A DNA stretch of 64,000 nt, taken from the NCBI GenBank assembly GCA_943355005.1, contig CALRDV010000001.1, positions 178,059 to 242,058 of the forward strand. Reading direction: 5' to 3'. Every line of letters starts with the position of its first letter. Positions within the stretch are counted from its first letter, which is position 1. The stretch comes from Patescibacteria group bacterium. Lineage in GTDB: Bacteria > Patescibacteriota > Microgenomatia > UBA1400 > MFAQ01. Of this stretch, positions 59,953 to 64,000 are shown piece after piece. The position numbers and the translations under genes were made by a program. The notes below the pieces were generated by a model. The model was not told where the DNA came from. It searched no databases and saw only the letters and a list, made by a program, of their open reading frames with translations.

Positions 59953-61418
59953 AACAGACACAAAAGAACGCAATTCTCTACCTTCGAGTATCTACCGAAG
60001 AGCAGGTAGATAATTACTCGCTAGGTACGCAAGAAGAAGTGTGTCGGCGAGAAATGGATCGACTGGGATATATCGTTACCCAAGTATTTCGCGAGGAAGG
60101 CAAATCTGCCAAAACCATCACTGGGCGTGTTGAGTTGATTAGGCTTCTGGAGTATTGCAGGCGACACTCTAAAGATGTCCAAGCCGTCGTATTCTATAAA
60201 ACAGATCGATTATCGAGACAGATGACTGATTACCTTGTTATCAAAGAGAAATTGAGTCTCATGGGAATTAAGCTTATTTCAGCAACCGAACCATTTGACG
60301 ATTCCCCTATGGGCAAATTTATCGGTAATTTCTATGCTGGGATTGCACAACTGGATAACGAAATGAAAAGTGAACGAGCGAGAAATGGGATGCATGCTCG
60401 ATTTCAGTCTGGTCTGGTTTGTTCCGGCAGAGCTCAGTTGGGATATGTCCGGCACGAAGGACACGTGTTTAAGGATACCAAGACTTGGGATAAAGTCAAA
60501 AAGGCATGGGATCTCATGGCTACGGGGACAATGTCTATACGAGAGATGATGAATATTATGAATGACTGGGGTTTGCGAGTATCTATCAATCAACAAGAAT
60601 ATCTCCTACGTAAGCAAACTGTGCATAGAATATTTCGATCAAAATTCTATACAGGTATTCTCGTATCCAAGCGGTACAACGAAGAAGTTCGTGGTCAACA
60701 TGAGGCGATGATATCGAAAGAATTGTTTGAAAAAGTCCAAGTAATACTCGATGGCAGGCACAATAAATCATCACTCGTTATTCGCAATAAACCGAACGGA
60801 AATTTTCCGTTTCGACGGTTGGTAAAGTGTGGTAAATGCGGATATGGATTTACCTCTGGATGGTGCAATGGTCATGCCAAGAAGTTTGCTTATTATTGGT
60901 GTTACAAATCTCAGTTATGCCGTTCTCGGTACGTACAAGCTAAATTTCTTCACTTTGATTTAGATATAATATTAAAGAAGACAAAGCTCTCTACATTGGG
61001 TCGCGAAATCATACAAATATTACTAGAAGAAGAATATGGCAAACGATATTCTAAAATCAGACTTCAGAGGGCAAAACGAGAACAATTAATAGGCAAGCTT
61101 ACTGCAATGCGGACTAATCTCGTCCAAAAACATTTATCTGGTCTTTATACTGATGAGATATTTTCTGAACAGAATACGTTGCTATCAGCGAATATCGATC
61201 GTCTCAAGATATCGACGAACATTACAGCGCTAAAGGAATATACTCTGTCAGTCTGCAAGGAATATGTGGATTCACGACTAGACAATATCTTTGTCACCTA
61301 TACTAATTTGGCAGTCGATAATCAGAAAGCTATTCTAAGCACCATATTCCCACTCGGTTTCGTATGGCAATATCCCGGATTAACATATCCTAAAATAAAT
61401 CCTTTGTTTGAGGTATAA
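59949..61418 (+). CDS. large serine recombinase
   Basis: 'AILYLRVSTEEQ' carries the catalytic Ser. Recombinase domain and zinc ribbon 'CGKCGYGF...YYWCYKS'. Coiled-coil C-terminus. Confidence 0.9.
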   Translation: MKQTQKNAILYLRVSTEEQVDNYSLGTQEEVCRREMDRLGYIVTQVFREEGKSAKTITGRVELIRLLEYCRRHSKDVQAVVFYKTDRLSRQMTDYLVIKEKLSLMGIKLISATEPFDDSPMGKFIGNFYAGIAQLDNEMKSERARNGMHARFQSGLVCSGRAQLGYVRHEGHVFKDTKTWDKVKKAWDLMATGTMSIREMMNIMNDWGLRVSINQQEYLLRKQTVHRIFRSKFYTGILVSKRYNEEVRGQHEAMISKELFEKVQVILDGRHNKSSLVIRNKPNGNFPFRRLVKCGKCGYGFTSGWCNGHAKKFAYYWCYKSQLCRSRYVQAKFLHFDLDIILKKTKLSTLGREIIQILLEEEYGKRYSKIRLQRAKREQLIGKLTAMRTNLVQKHLSGLYTDEIFSEQNTLLSANIDRLKISTNITALKEYTLSVCKEYVDSRLDNIFVTYTNLAVDNQKAILSTIFPLGFVWQYPGLTYPKINPLFEV

Positions 61419-61644
61419 TTATCCCGATGAGAGCAAAAGCAGGCAATTATCAGATCACGGAAAAAGATATTGACGTGGTTCTGCGCTTTCTTAAAGCCAC
61501 CGATCCAGAACACGCTACGCCTGAAATGGCGATTGAAATACTCGAACATCTCCATACTACGTTTCACACCATGAGCCACACCGATCCAGATGCTTTAGCG
61601 AAAATTTACGAAGATCTCAAAAAACAAAAAGAACTGAGTCGAAA

Positions 61645-61923
61645 TTAAAAGGTAAGTACCTCGGAAGATTTAATCCCTAGCGCTCCTAATACTTTTTTTA
61701 GCGTTATCACAGAAGGAATAGCCTCACCACGTTCCACCTTAGAGTAATAGTTGCTATTTAGTCCTGCTTTGTTGGCCACATCCGACTGCTTCATCCCCTT
61801 TTGCAGGCGGTATTGCTTGAGCTTTGAAGCTATTTCGAGACGTGTTTTATTATCTTTGTCGGTATGCATATCTGGGGATAGTATAACATTATGAGGGACC
61901 AGACCAAAATGCTTTGATCTCAT
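61645..61923 (-). CDS. XRE-family HTH transcriptional regulator
   Basis: 'LRLEIASKLKQYRLQKGMKQSDVANKAGLNSNYYSKVERGEAIPSVITLKKVLGALG' is an XRE-family HTH. Confidence 0.75.
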   Translation of the reverse strand: MRSKHFGLVPHNVILSPDMHTDKDNKTRLEIASKLKQYRLQKGMKQSDVANKAGLNSNYYSKVERGEAIPSVITLKKVLGALGIKSSEVLTF

Positions 61924-62164
61924 TTCATTCGAGTGAGTAGAAGACTATTCTCTTGGGGAGCAAAGCAAAATAGAAATCAGATCTAATAATTAACTCGAGA
62001 AAAGAGTAAAATACGTTCATGCTGATTATTGAGCTCTGGCTTAGCCTGTTCCGCAAAAGATTGGCGTATGTTATTAAAAATTCAATGGTGGGGATATGAA
62101 TGTATATTGAGGATACGTATGCGCATTATTCTTTTCGCCACAAAAAACAAAGTAGAATATACTT

Positions 62165-63619
62165 ATGAAAATTAAGCAGAGTCCGCCTTATGCACCCCTA
62201 CTCATAGAATCAATGCGTTCACTAGGTTACTCTTTCGACACTGCTATTGCCGATCTTATTGACAATAGCGTAAGTGCACAAGCTAAGAGTATAAATATTT
62301 TACTCGATCCGTCTGATAATCCACAACTAATCATTTTCGATGACGGTAACGGCATGGACGCTATTACACTAGAAGAAGCTCTCAGATTTGGTAGTAGAGG
62401 ACCGCTTGAAAAACGCAATGAGTTTGATCTTGGTCGATTCGGTCTTGGATTAAAGTCTGCGTCACTTTCCCAGTGCAGACGGTTGGTGGTGGCGAGTAAG
62501 CACGACGGTGCTTTAAGTTGCTTCTCTTGGGATTTGGATGAAGTTGAAAAGACTGGTGACTGGTCAGTGCTAGAATATTCACAAGAGGAGATTAGCAAGC
62601 TTCCATCGATCGATCTTTTTGATTCTGTTGAATCCGGTACATACGTATTGCTACAAAATTTTGACCGAATTTCAGCTTCATCACACGACGTAAAAAAGAC
62701 ATTGGATACGCTAATTGAGATTGCCGAAGACCACTTATCATTAGTATTTCATCGAATAATTGCTGAAGATCGAGTTACAATAGCCATCAATGGTAGACCA
62801 ATCGCATCCAAAGACCCTTTCTTAGAAAATCATAAATCTACTCAACGTCTCCGAGAGCAAAGCATCAACATCGACGACAAAAAGATCACACTTCAACCTT
62901 ACATCCTGCCACACAGAAGCAAACTTTCTAGGGAAGATTTGCGTAAAGTAGGAGGTGCTGAAGATCTGCGCACAAATCAGGGTTTTTATATCTACCGTTG
63001 CAAGAGACTAATTATTTGGGGCACTTGGTTCAGATTGCTAAGTAAAGAAGAATTGAACAAGCTTGCGCGAGTAAAAGTAGATATTCCAAATTCGCTTGAT
63101 GAAATTTGGAGCATTGACGTTAAGAAAAGCACTGCGAACTTACCTGATAAAATTAGAAAAAATCTCTACGGCAGTATTAAAGAATCCATATTTGGAAGTA
63201 AAAAAGTAATTGAATATCGTGGCAAGCTCAATCGGGACGAAGACATTACCTATATTTGGCAACGACTAACTGAAAGAGACGGAAGTGTAACGTATTCAAT
63301 CAATCGTGACTTGCCTCAAATCCAGATTCTAACGAACAGCTTTGATCAAACGGGACAACGTGTTTTAGAAACACTACTAGAAAATATTGAAGATAATTTT
63401 CCTGCAAGTAGTGTTTATCTAGATGTTGCAGATGGTGAGATTAGTACAGTCTTAAAAGACAACCAGAAGATTGTAGATGATTTTGAAGAGCAACTTACTT
63501 TTGCAGATAAATTAGGCATATCTCGAGATGAATTGATCAATATGCTTTTGAAAACAGAACCGTACGCAAGTAATGATGACCTTAAAGAAATGTATAATAA
63601 TCATCAGGTAGACTTATGA
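62165..63619 (+). CDS. GHKL-superfamily ATPase (HATPase_c_3, MORC-like)
   Basis: Bergerat-fold N box 'IADLIDNSVSAQA', G1 'IFDDGNGMD' and G2 'GRFGLGLKSAS'. Confidence 0.75.
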   Translation: MKIKQSPPYAPLLIESMRSLGYSFDTAIADLIDNSVSAQAKSINILLDPSDNPQLIIFDDGNGMDAITLEEALRFGSRGPLEKRNEFDLGRFGLGLKSASLSQCRRLVVASKHDGALSCFSWDLDEVEKTGDWSVLEYSQEEISKLPSIDLFDSVESGTYVLLQNFDRISASSHDVKKTLDTLIEIAEDHLSLVFHRIIAEDRVTIAINGRPIASKDPFLENHKSTQRLREQSINIDDKKITLQPYILPHRSKLSREDLRKVGGAEDLRTNQGFYIYRCKRLIIWGTWFRLLSKEELNKLARVKVDIPNSLDEIWSIDVKKSTANLPDKIRKNLYGSIKESIFGSKKVIEYRGKLNRDEDITYIWQRLTERDGSVTYSINRDLPQIQILTNSFDQTGQRVLETLLENIEDNFPASSVYLDVADGEISTVLKDNQKIVDDFEEQLTFADKLGISRDELINMLLKTEPYASNDDLKEMYNNHQVDL

Positions 63620-64000
63620 CAGAAGACGTAAAGACATTCAAAAGAATCGTTCAAGACCTGCTAGACAAACATAGCGCCAAGGATTCGATAAGTGATACTT
63701 TGATTGACGAACAGGTGGAGAAGACATTCGCTGCAAAAGATGTCCTTGGGATGGTTATATCCGAAGATGAGAAAAAGTTTGTTCGCAATGAGTTGCTTGC
63801 TGACAACAAAATCCGTCTTGAGCCAGGCGTTGCGATTGTTCCTCGAACTCACAAAAAATGGTTTGCTGAACGGAAGCCAGTGATAGATTTGGATTATTGG
63901 AATCGATTCAAAGAGCTCCTTGTTAAGGATAAGGGATTCCCCCTCAATGTTGTTGCCGAAATGGACAATGTTTCTGATGAGATCGTTGATTTATTGGGTG
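63616..64000 (+). CDS. partner gene of GHKL ATPase, 5' portion only (window end)
   Basis: Its ATG overlaps the TGA of the upstream gene (ATGA). The reading frame stays open for 128 codons to the window edge. It is not in the supplied track because it is truncated. Confidence 0.5.
   Translation, partial: MTEDVKTFKRIVQDLLDKHSAKDSISDTLIDEQVEKTFAAKDVLGMVISEDEKKFVRNELLADNKIRLEPGVAIVPRTHKKWFAERKPVIDLDYWNRFKELLVKDKGFPLNVVAEMDNVSDEIVDLLG

Noticed and set aside
1-64000. CRISPR arrays, rRNA genes, IS transposases
   Set aside because: No regularly spaced short direct repeats and no DDE or IS-type transposase motif. The only recombinases are the two serine recombinases at 56.6 kb and 59.9 kb.

Overview
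This is a low-GC (roughly 35%) bacterial window read with the standard genetic code; long ORFs are intact, so there is no sign of UGA recoding. The gene content suggests a reduced-genome, possibly Patescibacteria/CPR-like organism, but that is inference only: many small membrane-anchored secreted proteins and few metabolic genes. Housekeeping-type genes I can support from motifs are UppP, adenosine deaminase, TsaC/YrdC, an MFS transporter, an SPFH/prohibitin-like protein, a MacAB-like ABC efflux trio, an HxlR regulator with a flavin reductase, an HrpB-like DEAH helicase, a PP2C/SpoIIE phosphatase and a Pmp3 proteolipid. Two accessory stretches dominate the window.

The first runs from about 17.1 to 31.2 kb. 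It contains a DpnII-type three-gene GATC restriction-modification cassette (Dam-like methyltransferase, DpnA-like methyltransferase, putative endonuclease). It also contains a tightly coupled four-gene operon with no match to a named defense system: a PLD nuclease fused to a DExH helicase, a 62-aa protein, a Rad50/DndD-like split-head SMC ATPase, and a 136-aa protein. An Mrr_N/DUF4357 protein and a tandem-duplicated retropepsin-like aspartic protease also sit here.

The second runs from about 47 kb to the window end at 64 kb and looks like an integrative mobile element. It starts with a translationally coupled pair: a PLD-SNF2 helicase-nuclease (1107 aa) and a 1097-aa Eco57I/PglX-like gamma-class N6-adenine methyltransferase. 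This resembles DISARM class 1 or a Type ISP enzyme split in two, but lacks DrmA/DrmB. The rest of the element has a ParB-methyltransferase fusion, two large serine recombinases, a Nuc-like single-HKD PLD endonuclease, an AlbA_2/Schlafen-like protein, an XRE regulator, and a MORC-like GHKL ATPase coupled to a truncated downstream gene.

A pair of paralogous genes at 16.5 kb and 44.2 kb, with DNA-level similarity and a shared roughly 40-bp leader repeat, brackets the first accessory stretch. Four separate PLD-superfamily (HKD) proteins occur in the window. I found no CRISPR array, no rRNA and no convincing tRNA.
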